This document shows, in pieces, positions 36,550 to 48,870 of a DNA stretch of 64,000 nucleotides. The DNA is taken from NCBI RefSeq assembly GCF_001194135.2, contig NC_069002.1, positions 4,686,311 through 4,750,310 on the forward strand, written 5' to 3'. The translations under genes and the position numbers were made by a program. The notes under the pieces are model-generated. The model saw only the letters and a program-made list of their open reading frames with translations, was not told the DNA's origin and did no database searches. Every line of letters starts with the position of its first letter. Within the stretch, counting starts at the first letter, position 1. This DNA is from Octopus bimaculoides. Lineage: Eukaryota.

Positions 36550-36999
36550 TTAAGAATCAAATAGGGGGCAGTGTTGGTGGTGCCAGGTAGTGAGTGAGGT
36601 GGACATAATGAAGAAACATTTTGGAACAAATATAACCTACAGTCTCTTTGTTATGCAAACAGAATCCAGCAATGTTTAGCTTGTCTTGAACGAGTTGGGG
36701 AGTAAAGTATGGCGTGGTGTTTGTGTATGTATGTGAGTGGTGGCAGGGAAGGGATGGTGGGCATTATAAAACACTTGAGATGCTATGAAGAGCTTCCTTC
36801 ATTCTACACATCTCTCCCAATTCTCTCTCTTTCTCTCTTTTTGCCCGTTGTTGATCCTGGGTTAGTAAATGTTCATCTGAGTAAAGATTTTATTTATTCA
36901 GCAAATATTCTTTACAATGTGGAGATGTAAACAGCTCCGTTCTGTTTTGCTCATTTTTTGGCAGTTTAGCTATTTTCCTATGTTTTTATTTTATCCACT

Positions 37000-37050
<51 letters not shown>

Positions 37051-37462
37051 GTCTACATCATTCTTCACTCCCTCACACCCTTTCTCTCTCTCTCTCTCTC
37101 TTTCTCCTTCTCTGATGGGGAAATTGCTAGAATATCTTGTATGGTTTGTCTAGGATCAACCAAAATGATGGAATTGCAAAGCTTTTTAATACTGACTGCC
37201 ATTTCTGTTGTACAACAAGTCAAAGATTTTGTTTCTACCATTCTTTTTTTTTTTTTTTCCTCTTTTATTACTTTTATTTTCATTTTTCCTTTTGTCTTTT
37301 ATTCTCCGTTTCTTTTATCTTTTTTATTACATTCTTTTAACATTTTCGATTGCGAAAAAAAAAAAGAAAGAGAAAAAGGCCAAAGATTTTTGCAGTCCCA
37401 CCCTGAGAAATTTCAATAATTTAACCCATCCACAAATACTTCATTTTATATGTGAACTCTTT

Positions 37463-37534
37463 TAATTTTTAGTATAGTGGTAAGTATCCCCGCTTGTCGT
37501 ATGGGAGACCAGGGTTCAACTAGCCATCGGGGAG
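37463..37534 (+). pseudogene. tRNA-Asp(GTC) pseudogene
   Basis: TTAGTATAGTGGTAAGTATCCCCGCTTGTCGTATGGGAGACCAGGGTTCAACTAGCCATCGGGGAG closely follows eukaryotic tRNA-Asp. The 5' acceptor strand is replaced by taattt and the anticodon and T stems are mutated. Confidence 0.8.
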
Positions 37535-37639
37535 GTCATTTAACATTTTACTGGCAGTGCCCCAGCATGGCCACACTTCAAAGCTGAAACATATAAAAGA
37601 ATTTTTTATTTTTTCACTGGTGGGCCTTTTATGTTATTT

Positions 37640-37815
37640 TTTACTTATTTCAGTCATTGGGCTGAGGCCATGCTGGGGCACCACCTTGAAGGGTTTAACT
37701 GAACAAATTTAACCCCAGGACTTACTTTTTAAGCCTGGTACATATTCTGTCAATCCCTTTTGCCAAAACTGCTAAGTTAAAGAGATGTAAACAAACCAAC
37801 ACTAGTTGTCAAGTG
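37640..37815 (-). mobile_element. SINE family A, 3' half
   Basis: ttcagtcattgggctgaggccatgctggggcaccacc...aaaccaacactagttgtcaag. Confidence 0.75.
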
Positions 37816-38010
37816 AAAATGGGAGAATTTGTACCTTTGAGCAAGACTCTTCATTTTTACATTGCTCCAGCTGAGTATGAGTGCTAATACCAGTAGCAAC
37901 CGGGAGGGCTAACTCTTGTGATAGACTGGCATCCTGCTGAAGGGGTGAATCTCCCTCTGCTCTCAGTCACTGAAACATTCCAAAAATTTGGATCAGCTCC
38001 AACTTCAAGA
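37815..38010 (+). mobile_element. Decayed SINE with a CORE/V-like central segment
   Basis: gtacctttgagcaagact...ttgctccagctgag...tgtgatagactggcatcctgctgaagggg. Confidence 0.4.
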
Positions 38011-39539
38011 GCTTGTAAGCTCAAGGTAGACTTTATAATTTGAAGAGGATTTGGCTGCTATTTCTAATATTGCGAGCCATTGTGTAGAAAGAAATGTGCT
38101 TCTTCGTGAAGTAATTGGTTATGGAATCTGAAATCTGGTAGTAATGTTACTTTGTTTAAAACACGAGGAATGTGCTGCCAATGGAGATGTGTTGAGATAT
38201 TTATATTGGATATATCCTGTTACTAAAGTATATATAACAGAGTGATGACCTCTCCATAGGTCATTGTCCTGGATAAACTCGGTCTCACCTCATTACTACC
38301 ACTAATGAGGGAACCTCTGTGTGGTAGCTTGCTTTGCTAGAAATGTAAACCGAATCTCTCTTGAGGCATATCAGATGCTATTCCAAATGAGATATTGTAT
38401 TCCTAGATTTTTCAGAGGACCTTAAAATATTTTGGATCTCTGATTTACTATTTTGTGGTGTGGACCCCAAAAATCTTATATGGACTCTGGTTGAGAACCA
38501 CTGGGTCACGCAAACAAATGCACACAGTCAGATTTTTATGCTTGACTTTGTAAAAACTGAAACACAACTTATACACATGTCAGCAAAGTTTGAATATGAA
38601 GAGAAAAGATTTTGTGCCAAGATTTAACACTAAATTAGGGGTGCGTCTGTGTGTATGTGTTCTCATCTACACATACACACATCTTTAAGTGAATTTTGAT
38701 AGGAAGGGCAGCTTGTTCTAAAAAAAACAAAATGCTAAATAAACATTACAAATGAGACATTATAGCGAGAGAGTTCACAGGGTTTTTTTCTCTGTTGTCG
38801 TGTGCACCTGATAGCTTGGATCCAGGATTGCAATTTGTAGTAAAATGCTGTAAGACCTAGCAAACCCATATTATCATCATCATCATCATCGTTGTTTTTA
38901 TGCCTGCTTTTTCATGCTAGCATGGGTTAGGCAGGACTTTGATGTGGCGCTTTATGGCTGAATGCCCTTCCTGATGCCCACCTTCTTTTAATTGTCTTAT
39001 ATGATTGTGTTGGGACATGGTTGAAGACACTGTCAAAACTAAGGTATGTGCACATCTTTACCTTTTCTCATTGGACTACGGCCATGCTGGTGCTACTCAG
39101 TGAGACTGAACTCGAAATGTCATCATTGCAAAGCATAAGCTTCTTAACCACACAGCCATATCAGTGGACAACAACATGGACAGCTGGAAATGCAAATGCT
39201 GTTAAGCATTCTACTCAGCATGCGAGCCATTCTTTCAGCTCACTGCCTTGGCAATAATGGTGGTGGCGGCGGCAGAAAGGGAAAGGAAAGGGTTTTTTTA
39301 AAAAATGATTTCTCTTTGTGTATGGTAGTCTTTTACAAGTTATGAAAATTGTTGATAAGCACTACACATGCGCGCACACACACACACACACACAGACACA
39401 CACACACACACACACACACATGCACACACACACACACACCGTTTTTGGCTGATACTTCATCTGTTTTTGTTGGTTTTTTTGTAATGAATTGTTTTGATTA
39501 TTTTTTTGGTTTTTCAAAATCAGATTTTTTGTACAGCTG

Positions 39540-39586
<47 letters not shown>

Positions 39587-40297
39587 CACAGAGAGAATTT
39601 GCAGAGCTATGTAACAGGCTTAACATATCTGACAAACTTATCTAAACAAATGGCACACACACACACACACACACACACACCAGTTAATACACGCATACTG
39701 ATGCTAATTAACAAACACATTCAGATGATTTACTCACACCCGATTAACAAACACATACACACACATGCAACCAACATTTAATCTCAGCAATTCCCTGTAA
39801 CATTCTTTATTGGACTTAATTATTCTTGTCATCTGAACTTTTACATAAGTATGAGTTTGTGTGTGTGTGTGTGTGTGTGTATCTTTTGTGTGCCCATGTC
39901 CTGAGGGGATGCATTCTATACACTCTTAACTCTGTGTGTGTATTGGTTATATATATATATATATAGATAGATACGTGTATGTATAGATATATATGTGTGT
40001 GTGTATAGATATATATATGTGTGTATAGATATATATGTGTGTGTATGTATGTATGTATATATATATAGAGTAATCCCTCATCGTATTGTGATTCGCCAAT
40101 CGCAGTTTATTATTTAAGCTTACGCTGATTCCTCCATGGTGTTGTTTTGCATTTATAATAAAATAAATATATAATACAAATTATAAAAATAATAACAAAG
40201 AAAAAATACACAGTACTGTTTCTACTTCGGATTTTCACCTATCGCAGGGGTCTTTGGAATGTAACACCCGCGATAGTCAAGGAGTCACTGTATACAT

Positions 40298-40319
<22 letters not shown>

Positions 40320-40329
<10 letters not shown>

Positions 40330-40458
40330 GCTGTAGAAACTCTGCCAAATCAGACTGGAGCCTGGTGTTGCCATCCGGTTTCACCAGTCCTCAGTCAAAT
40401 CGTCCAACCCATGCTAGCATGGAAAGCGGACGTTAAACGATGATGATGATGATGATGA

Positions 40459-40462
<4 letters not shown>
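40320..40462 (+). mobile_element. Family C retroposon 3' end with (GAT)n tail
   Basis: gctgtagaaactctgccaaatcagactggagcc...ccatgctagcatggaaagcggacgttaaacgatgatgat. Related copies at 27775-27960(-), 31500-31635(+), 31660-31830(-), 38870-38990(-) and 55625-55760(+). Confidence 0.8.
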
Positions 40463-40495
<33 letters not shown>

Positions 40496-40642
40496 GTAAG
40501 TGTATGTGTGTGTTTGTGTATCTATGATGTAAGTCTATGTATGTGCATTTACATAATTTATGTATTTAAGTCTTATAAATTCTCTAAATGTGTGTTTTCA
40601 TTAATAAGCTTCTGCTTGCATATGCTTCTGTGATGTGTGTGT

Positions 40643-40663
40643 GTTGTTTATCCTCAGGTAAGA
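40643..40663 (+). promoter_or_regulatory. Candidate recursive (zero-length exon) splice site
   Basis: gttgtttatcctcAG|GTAAGA: an acceptor immediately followed by a consensus donor. Confidence 0.3.
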
Positions 40664-40844
40664 CCTGATAAAGTAGGCAGACATATCCAATGTCTACCAT
40701 CCCAGCTGTGACAATCCCCTTTTTTTTCTTCTTCAAGTTATAACCTACATTGTCCCATATGGCCTTCAGTATAGTATGATTTGAGTGAGGTTTGGCTGTT
40801 ATATCAAGCAGTTAAGCAACCACATAGTGGTGCCCTCATTAACC

Positions 40845-41070
40845 CATGTGTTTTACTTGTTTCAGTCATTTGACTGCGACCATGCTGGGGCACTGCCTTT
40901 AGTGCCCCAGCATCAACCCCAGGACTTATTCTTTGTAAGCCTCGTACTTATTCTTAGCCACAGCCCGAGGCTATAATAGAAGACACTTGCCCAAGATGCC
41001 AAGCAGTGGGACTGAACCTAGAACCATGTGGTTGGTAAGCAAGCTACTTACCACACAGCCACTCCTGTGC
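40845..41070 (-). mobile_element. SINE family A, internally deleted
   Basis: The 3' end is joined directly to the 5' half. Confidence 0.8.
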
Positions 41071-43464
41071 ATACATATATATAGCCTCAAGGTTTCAACG
41101 ATGTGATGGCTTATTTTTAGAATGGCAACGTAGGGTAGTTGTGAGAGGCTAGATCTGACTGGTTGGAATATAGATCATGTAGAATATTTTGGTTGGATGT
41201 GGCCAGATTTAAATGCTAAAAGGTTGAAATTCCATGTTAATTTTATGTTCCAAACATTACTTTAATAATTCACTACAAAGTTATTTAATTGAATTTTTCG
41301 TTATTTTCATAATTAATTTAAAGAAAAACAGTATATTTCAACAGAAATATGGTAACAAAAATAGTTAATAAAGAAATGTAGGACACATTGGATACTGTAG
41401 TATCTTAGATACACTCACTGTTTGAATTAAAGGTTGGACAGCCATGGTTGGGTGTCTTTGATCACAGGGTGAAAAAAAAATCATTGGTAACTCGGGGTTA
41501 AATAACAACCCTTTCATCTACTCCTATGTAGACTAAACTTCTTTTTAGCAGATCCCCTCACCACTACCAATCACTACCATGCTGCTGCCAGTGAGGGCAA
41601 AGACACTATATTCCACTTGCCTAGATCTCTTCATGCCTAATTAACAAGTTATTAGTCCTTATCTACTCTGTTTTTCTTCGTATTTTTTTTTCTTTTGTGT
41701 GAGTGGAGGGTGGGGGGTGATGGTGATAGCCGCAATGGTATTCTTACCATCTTTAACATATAAAAGTAAGACAAGTGGAATAAGACATGGAGCTGCTACT
41801 ACTACTACTACTACTAAAACTGAAAATTATTGAACAAATTTACTTTATTGAGCAATTGGGAGTGGTGATGGTGGCGTTGGTGAAGATGCAAGAATCTCCA
41901 CATCCCGCCACCTCCCACCCAAAGGAAGGTTGGAAGGCGGGGAGGGGCTTTGCAGTAAGGATGTTATCTTGTTATACAAGAGATGGTGATGGTTTAGTTA
42001 GAGCCCAGAGAATGGAAGTGGGGAGGAGGATAAAGATAGAGAGATAAGTGGGGAGGTAATCTCCCTAATTAATTCAGTCCACAATATGGTGGTGGTGGTG
42101 GTGGTTGAGGGGACTGTACCCTTCCGGCTTCTCCCCTCCTCTCCTTGCCTCTCTTTTTAGTCTTATTTTCTCCAAGACTCCAGACTGTCTGATAGTTTCC
42201 AGATTTTTCTTGTTCCTGCTGTTGTTGTTGTTGTTGTTGTTGTTGTGGTTGGTAGAAAAGGTTTGTTTTTCTTTCTTTTTTTTCTGCTTATCTTTTCTCT
42301 CAGACAATTCCAGTTCCTTCCACACACACACTCCTTTCTTTTCCTCCCTCTGTTACTATCACCCAACACTATCACTGCAAGAAATGGGGGTGGAAGAGAC
42401 AGAAGCTGCAGGTATTGGTGAAAGGAGTCTTACAAGGACTTGTATTAAGGGCTTTGCTTTTTAATATCTTCAAGTGTCTAATCTTTGTCTTGTACCTGTC
42501 TTGGGCTTTCCTCATTGTTTTGAAGAATTTATTTTACTTCCCCCATCAGGATTTTTCTCCTATGTTTTAACCCNNNNNNNNNNNNNNNNNNNNNNNNNNN
42601 NNNNNNNNNNNNNNNNNNNNNNNNNNNNNNNNNNNNNNNNNNNNNNNNNNNNNNNNNNNNNNNNNNNNNNNNNNNNNNNNNNNNNNNNNNNNNNNNNNNN
42701 NNNNNNNNNNNNNNNNNNNNNNNNNNNNNNNNNNNNNNNNNNNNNNNNNNNNNNNNNNNNNNNNNNNNNNNNNNNNNNNNNNNNNNNNNNNNNNNNNNNN
42801 NNNNNNNNNNNNNNNNNNNNNNNNNNNNNNNNNNNNNNNNNNNNNNNNNNNNNNNNNNNNNNNNNNNNNNNNNNNNNNNNNNNNNNNNNNNNNNNNNNNN
42901 NNNNNNNNNNNNNNNNNNNNNNNNNNNNNNNNNNNNNNNNNNNNNNNNNNNNNNNNNNNNNNNNNNNNNNNNNNNNNNNNNNNNNNNNNNNNNNNNNNNN
43001 NNNNNNNNNNNNNNNNNNNNNNNNNNNGCAGATCATACAAGAGTAATTTTGAATGCTAATGGCGGGGTGGGTGGGGGTGGGGAGTTAAAGTGCTTCAGCA
43101 CTTGAAAACAAGCTTTATGGTGCCCAGTGAGTATATTTCTTCATGGAGACATTCATCACCATTGTCATCATCATCATCATCATCATACAGACATTCAGAA
43201 TGTATGTGTTGTGATGATGATGATGATGATGATGCTGACAGTGTCTTGTAGTAGTCTTGATAGAAGAAAGCAAGTTAAGATGGAGAGATGGGCTTTTCTC
43301 TTAATGAAATGAAAACCAGATTTTCAACTGGATTGGAACTGTCAGCACTGTTATTAATCATTGGGGCTGAAGGAATTGTTCTGTGAGAAAGTAAAAACCT
43401 CTGCTGGCCTGAAGCTAAAGAAATGGTCTGCCCAACCATTCAATCATCCATATTCCTCCTCCTC

Positions 43465-43516
<52 letters not shown>

Positions 43517-44216
43517 TCTATTAGCACCAACTTGGCTGGCATATCATCACCATCATCACCTCCAACACCATTGCTAATGCAATCACCACCATCATCATCA
43601 TGGTCATTATAATCAGCATCCTCACCACCACCACCACCATCTCTACAATCCTTACCATGATAATCATCATCATCAGTTATACGAAAGCAAAGGGTGAAAA
43701 AAAAACTGGTATTATTTATGATATATTCCAAAACAGTTCCTTTGCCTCCCCCCCTCCCCACACATTTTCATAAATTAGCCCCTCAAGGCTTAAAAAGGGT
43801 GTGGACATGTCTACCTCGTCTCTCTCTTTTTTTTTGTGGATTTTCCTTCATCTTCCTTTCTTTTTCTTATATCAAATTTATATTACCACTTTCTGACATC
43901 TGTGTCCCCGCCTCCCATCACCATCATCCCTTTTGTCACTTTCTGGTTTCACTTCCTCATCTTCTCTCCCCCCTCTCTCTCTGATCCCTTATCCCTCACT
44001 CCTTGATCCCTTTTCAGTCAGTCACTCTATGGTCCTTTTTCTCTTTATGCTGTCTCCTCCTTCCAATTTTTTTCACTTTGACCCCTTTTCTCTTCGTTCT
44101 TTGACCCTTTTCCCCCCTTCACTCCTTGGCCCCTTTTTCTTCAACTCTTACCCGCCTTTTCTTATTCATTTTCGAAACATGTACTCCATGTCAATCTCTC
44201 TCCCTCTATCTATCTG

Positions 44217-44259
<43 letters not shown>

Positions 44260-44519
44260 CAGTACAAGTGAGAGAGAGTTTAATCACGGTGCAGACAGAA
44301 ACTGCAGATTTCCCTTTCAGAGTGCCACACCAGTGGTGAATCAGACTTCAATCATTATGCACAGATCTAACTGCTGTTTCTAGCTTCAAAATCCCCCCAC
44401 CTTCTCCTTTTCACCATCAACTTTGTACTCTCTCTCTCTCTCTCTCTCTCTTTACAAGCATATCCCCCACCTTTCTCATAATTGGTTATTGGCAGTTGGC
44501 AGTAGTGGTCATCATTGTA

Positions 44520-44650
44520 TTGGTGGTGGTGGTGGCTTTGGTTGGCCTGAGGCTATAGAAGACACTTGCCCAAGATGCCATGCAGTGGGACTGAACCTGG
44601 AACCATGTGGTTAGGAAGCAAGCTTTTTACCACACAGCCATGCCTGCACC
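44520..44650 (-). mobile_element. SINE family A, 5' half
   Basis: ggctttggttggcctgaggctatagaagacacttgcccaag...accacacagccatgcctgcac. Confidence 0.8.
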
Positions 44651-45220
44651 TGTAAAAAGCTGTACCCCAGGTGCTTATTTTTTAGAAGGATATTGTAGGA
44701 TAGGTGCAAGAGGCCAGATCTGGTTGGATTGGACATTAAACAGGTAGAAAAATTTAGGCCAGATACGACCTGTTTAAATTCAGAAGAGTTAAGTACATTT
44801 TATCAAGATTTTTTTTTCATGAAGTGAGTTGCTTTAAATATTGGTTTTCAGGATGTTTAATTGCAGGGCAGTGGGGGGTGAGTGGGGCCCATTTTGTATT
44901 GATACAATCAGCTAAAAGAATTTCTTGGTATGTCAAAAGAGTTATTTGTATCTGTAGACTCCATCTTGGTTGCTGTCACCCCCTGTGTGCCTGGGTGTGA
45001 TGTGGGTGTCTTTGCCTTCATTTGCTTGTCTCTCAAGTGTGTAAAATCTCCAGCTAGGTTATTACTTGTGTGTGCGTTTTCCTGGTTGTTATTCCTTGGC
45101 GTGCATGTGTGTGTGTGTGTGTAGGTTTGTGTATGTATGTGTTATTCACATAAGCATATGTGCCTGCATACTCTCAGCTGTTAGTCACCTGTATGTATGT
45201 ATCTGTGCATGCTTGCGTGC

Positions 45221-45269
<49 letters not shown>

Positions 45270-45569
45270 AGAATGTTTTTTATATATATTTTGCTAGTCC
45301 AATGTTGTGTTCTACCCAGGGTGGAAAGTAGGGGAATGTCACATGAAAGAAGGGAGAGAGAACTAATCCCACCCTCCATTCCACCACCACCACTGGGGGG
45401 GTGGATGGTGGGTGAAATAACAGCGAGGCAAAGCAAAGTGGTTGGCTTATAGCTGAAGCAGCAGATGTTTATTTTGAGGGCAAGGGCTGATGCCAGTGTA
45501 TATAACACAGTTATTTATTTACCCTACTCTCACAACATGGGTTATTGTTAGGGGTTTGTGTTCCTTGCC

Positions 45570-45900
45570 ATTTAAACTGTTGACTGTTGTTGGTGGTGGT
45601 GGTGGTGGTGGTGGTACAGTTAACAGTGGTATGGTATGGTGCCGGCGGTGGCAGCGCAATAGTGGAAGTACAAGGTGAATGGGAGGAGGAAGGGGATGAT
45701 GTTATAATGGGGTTGTGGGATGGGAGGGAGATACAGGTGGTGGTGGTGGTGGTGCAGCAACAGTAATAGAGGTGCATACAGTGGGTTGACGGTTGTAGTA
45801 TGCTGGTAGTTGGTGGAGGCAGTGTAGTTGACAGTGGTATGATGGTGATATGCAGGGTATAGTTGTAATGGTGGTGTGGTGGTATGATGTTCAAACATGG
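45570..45900. repeat. Degenerate (GGT/GTA)n tract
   Basis: Cryptic trinucleotide simple repeat. Confidence 0.8.
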
Positions 45901-46091
45901 TATTTGAGTACTCTTTTTTCCACCTTGTTGCACATTTTATGTGCTTACTCCGGTATATATATATATATATATATATATATGGTATAATTTGAGTAAGATT
46001 TAGCTGGTATTTCTGGTAGGTCGATCAACTATATAAAGATGGTAGTGATGTGGTTGTGTAGTTAGTGCATGTGTGTGTGTGTGTATAATTG

Positions 46092-46125
<34 letters not shown>

Positions 46126-47249
46126 ATGTGTTTGCTTGTGTATCTGTATACACACATGCATATATATTTATAGACTGACTCAAACTACTTTTTATGTCTC
46201 TCCTCTTCCCTTAAGTTATTTTCCTGTTATCTTAGAGGGGGGGAGTAGGTTAAGCCAGTTTTGTGTTTATACTAGCTTTGTACACCCCTTCTAGTCAGTT
46301 CTCTGTCACATTACTATATGTAGGTACATACGTACATACATACATGTATATGTGCAAATATATGTATATATATTGTTGTTATTATAATTATAATTATGTT
46401 GACTTAAATTCTTTTAAAATGTATTTCATGGTTTGTCAACCACTCCAACAACAACAAGGCACAGCATAGGCACCGGCTTCAGCACCACCATCATCATCAT
46501 CATCATTACCGCCACATCAGTTTCCTCACCATCCTCATGGCCATTAGTCCAAGTCCCCTTCTTATCAGCAAGTACCATCAAGTCCCTTGGTTCCCCCTTC
46601 CCCCAACCGTTACCATCCACACTAGGTCCCCCCCTGTTACTGCCAATCTCTTCTCATCATTATCATTAGCGCTATCAGTTCTATCTCTAAATCCATCATC
46701 AACCAAGCTCCCTGCTATACCACCCTCTCCTCATCAACAACATCAAGTCCTCTGCATTGCACACTCCATTGCCCTCATTGAGTTCTTACTTTTGCTATTA
46801 ACTCAAAAGAGAAATTGTCTTGAGAAATATAGACACAACTGAAGCTTTTTTTTTTTTTTAGTCCATCACTACAATAATAAAGATCTTAACTGACTGAAAG
46901 TGTTATCATATACATGCTTTGTCTTGATGTAAAAGATGAGTTAGAGCAAATATTCTTATTGATGCCTCATAGTTGCTTGACAATGTTGCTTAGTGGCTAT
47001 GTGTATCTCTAGTCATGTGCAGAAGTAGTTGGGGGAGCATCATAGCCATGTGTCGAGAGGAATTCTTTGGGGTTTGAATAATTCACCTCTGGAAACATGG
47101 GTGTTTCATTCATCATCCTTAAACAATCCTTATTCTATTCAGGGACCTTTTGAGCAGGATGGGCTACTCAACCTGAAGAGAATTCTATCTGGGCCCCACC
47201 TGCAAGGTCATGTACTGTTTATCTAGATATGAGATCACCATGTTGAACA

Positions 47250-47363
47250 AACCGACCCCGAGACTTATTCTTTGTAAGCCTTATACTTATATTATCAGTC
47301 TCTTTTGCTGAACAACTAAGTTACAGGGACGTAAACACACTAACATTGGTGTCAAGCAATGTG

Positions 47364-47394
<31 letters not shown>

Positions 47395-47725
47395 NNNNNN
47401 NNNNNNNNNNNNNNNNNNNNNNNNNNNNNNNNNNNNNNNNNNNNNNNNNNNNNNNNNNNNNNNNNNNNNNNNNNNNNNNNNNNNNNNNNNNNNNNNNNNN
47501 NNNNNNNNNNNNNNNNNNNNNNNNNNNNNNNNNNNNNNNNNNNNNNNNNNNNNNNNNNNNNNNNNNNNNNNNNNNNNNNNNNNNNNNNNNNNNNNNNNNN
47601 NNNNNNNNNNNNNNNNNNNNNNNNNNNNNNNNNNNNNNNNNNNNNNNNNNNNNNNNCACGCAATGGGACTGAACCCCAAGACCATGTGGTTGGAAAGCAA
47701 ACTTCTTACCACATAGCCATGCCTG
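47250..47725 (-). mobile_element. SINE family A spanning a gap at its internal microsatellite
   Basis: 3' half left of the gap, head right of the gap. Confidence 0.75.
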
Positions 47726-48319
47726 TTGTCTATTTATTTTAGTTTTGTTTTAATCTATAAAGATCTAACCCTGATTGCCCCTTCCCCCTTTAATGTTCTT
47801 AGCCCCCCTTCCCACTCTGCCCTTCTTTCATAATTTTAGTGTTTAAACCCTTGAAAAACCTGTTGATACTCTTTATTTCTTTCTCCCCCTTTGAGCACTG
47901 CCCCCCACCACCATTTCTTATGGCGCTGTTGAAATGAGGTGTAAGAGAAGGAATCTGTGTGTGTGTGGAAATGCGATACCAGTCTGTGTGTACACAGCAA
48001 TTAATAACTAACAGATAAGAGCTGTAAGAGACATCTGATAAGGGGTTTTAATCATTCACACAGGTTTAAAATAAAACTCAACAGTATGGATTTTTTGAGG
48101 GGTTTTTATCAGCAACAACAATTTGCACCATATATCACACACACATACATACACAGTGTATGTGTGCGTTTATCACACATTTTTGCAGCTAATTACAGGG
48201 TCTGTTCATGGACATGCATAATAAATCTGTTGTTTATTTTAATAACAGAATAATAACTGGTGGTGTTGGTGGAGGTGGTACAATATTGATGATCATAATG
48301 CTCATAATATTAAATGATT

Positions 48320-48550
48320 CCAAGGCAGTGAAGCTGGCAGAAACGTTAACATGCCGGGCAAAATACTTGCCAGTATTTCATCTGTCTTTACGTAGTGAGT
48401 TCAAATCCTACCAAGGTCAATTTTGCCTTTCATCCTTTCAGGGTCAATAAGATAAGTACCAGTTGAGTACTGGGGTCGATGCAATCCACTAGTCCCCTCC
48501 CTCAAAATTTCAGGTCTTGTGCCTGTAATAGAAAGGATTATTATTATCAT
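48320..48550 (+). mobile_element. SINE family B, full length
   Basis: ggcagtgaagctggcagaaacgttaac...gtgcctgtaatagaaaggattattatt. Confidence 0.85.
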
Positions 48551-48829
48551 TGTAATTTGCCGTATGAACATAAGCAGTGAGAGAGAAAGGTTAACATAAA
48601 GGAAATCATAGAAATTGCTTTGTGTTACAGAAATGGTTCTGTTTGCTTTCCAAATCCATTGTAATAAAGATCTTAAAAGACAATGTCTCAGCCTCACACT
48701 TCACCTCATTTTTGACTTGAAATGTTTTTCTGATAGTTATTTCTTTACAGACACACAGAATAGACCTTGGCATCAGTGACACAGTCTCTGAGATACAATA
48801 TTCATTGTCTATTGTTGGTTAATTGATCA

Positions 48830-48870
<41 letters not shown>

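Noticed and set aside
39017-39049. ATG...AAG|GTATGT mini-exon (MVEDTVKTK)
   Set aside because: A good donor but no acceptor or other support; the context is repeat-derived.
43099-43132. 28-nt micro-exon (ALENKLYGAQ) with GTGAGT donor
   Set aside because: The acceptor lacks a pyrimidine tract, and there is no linkage to other exons.
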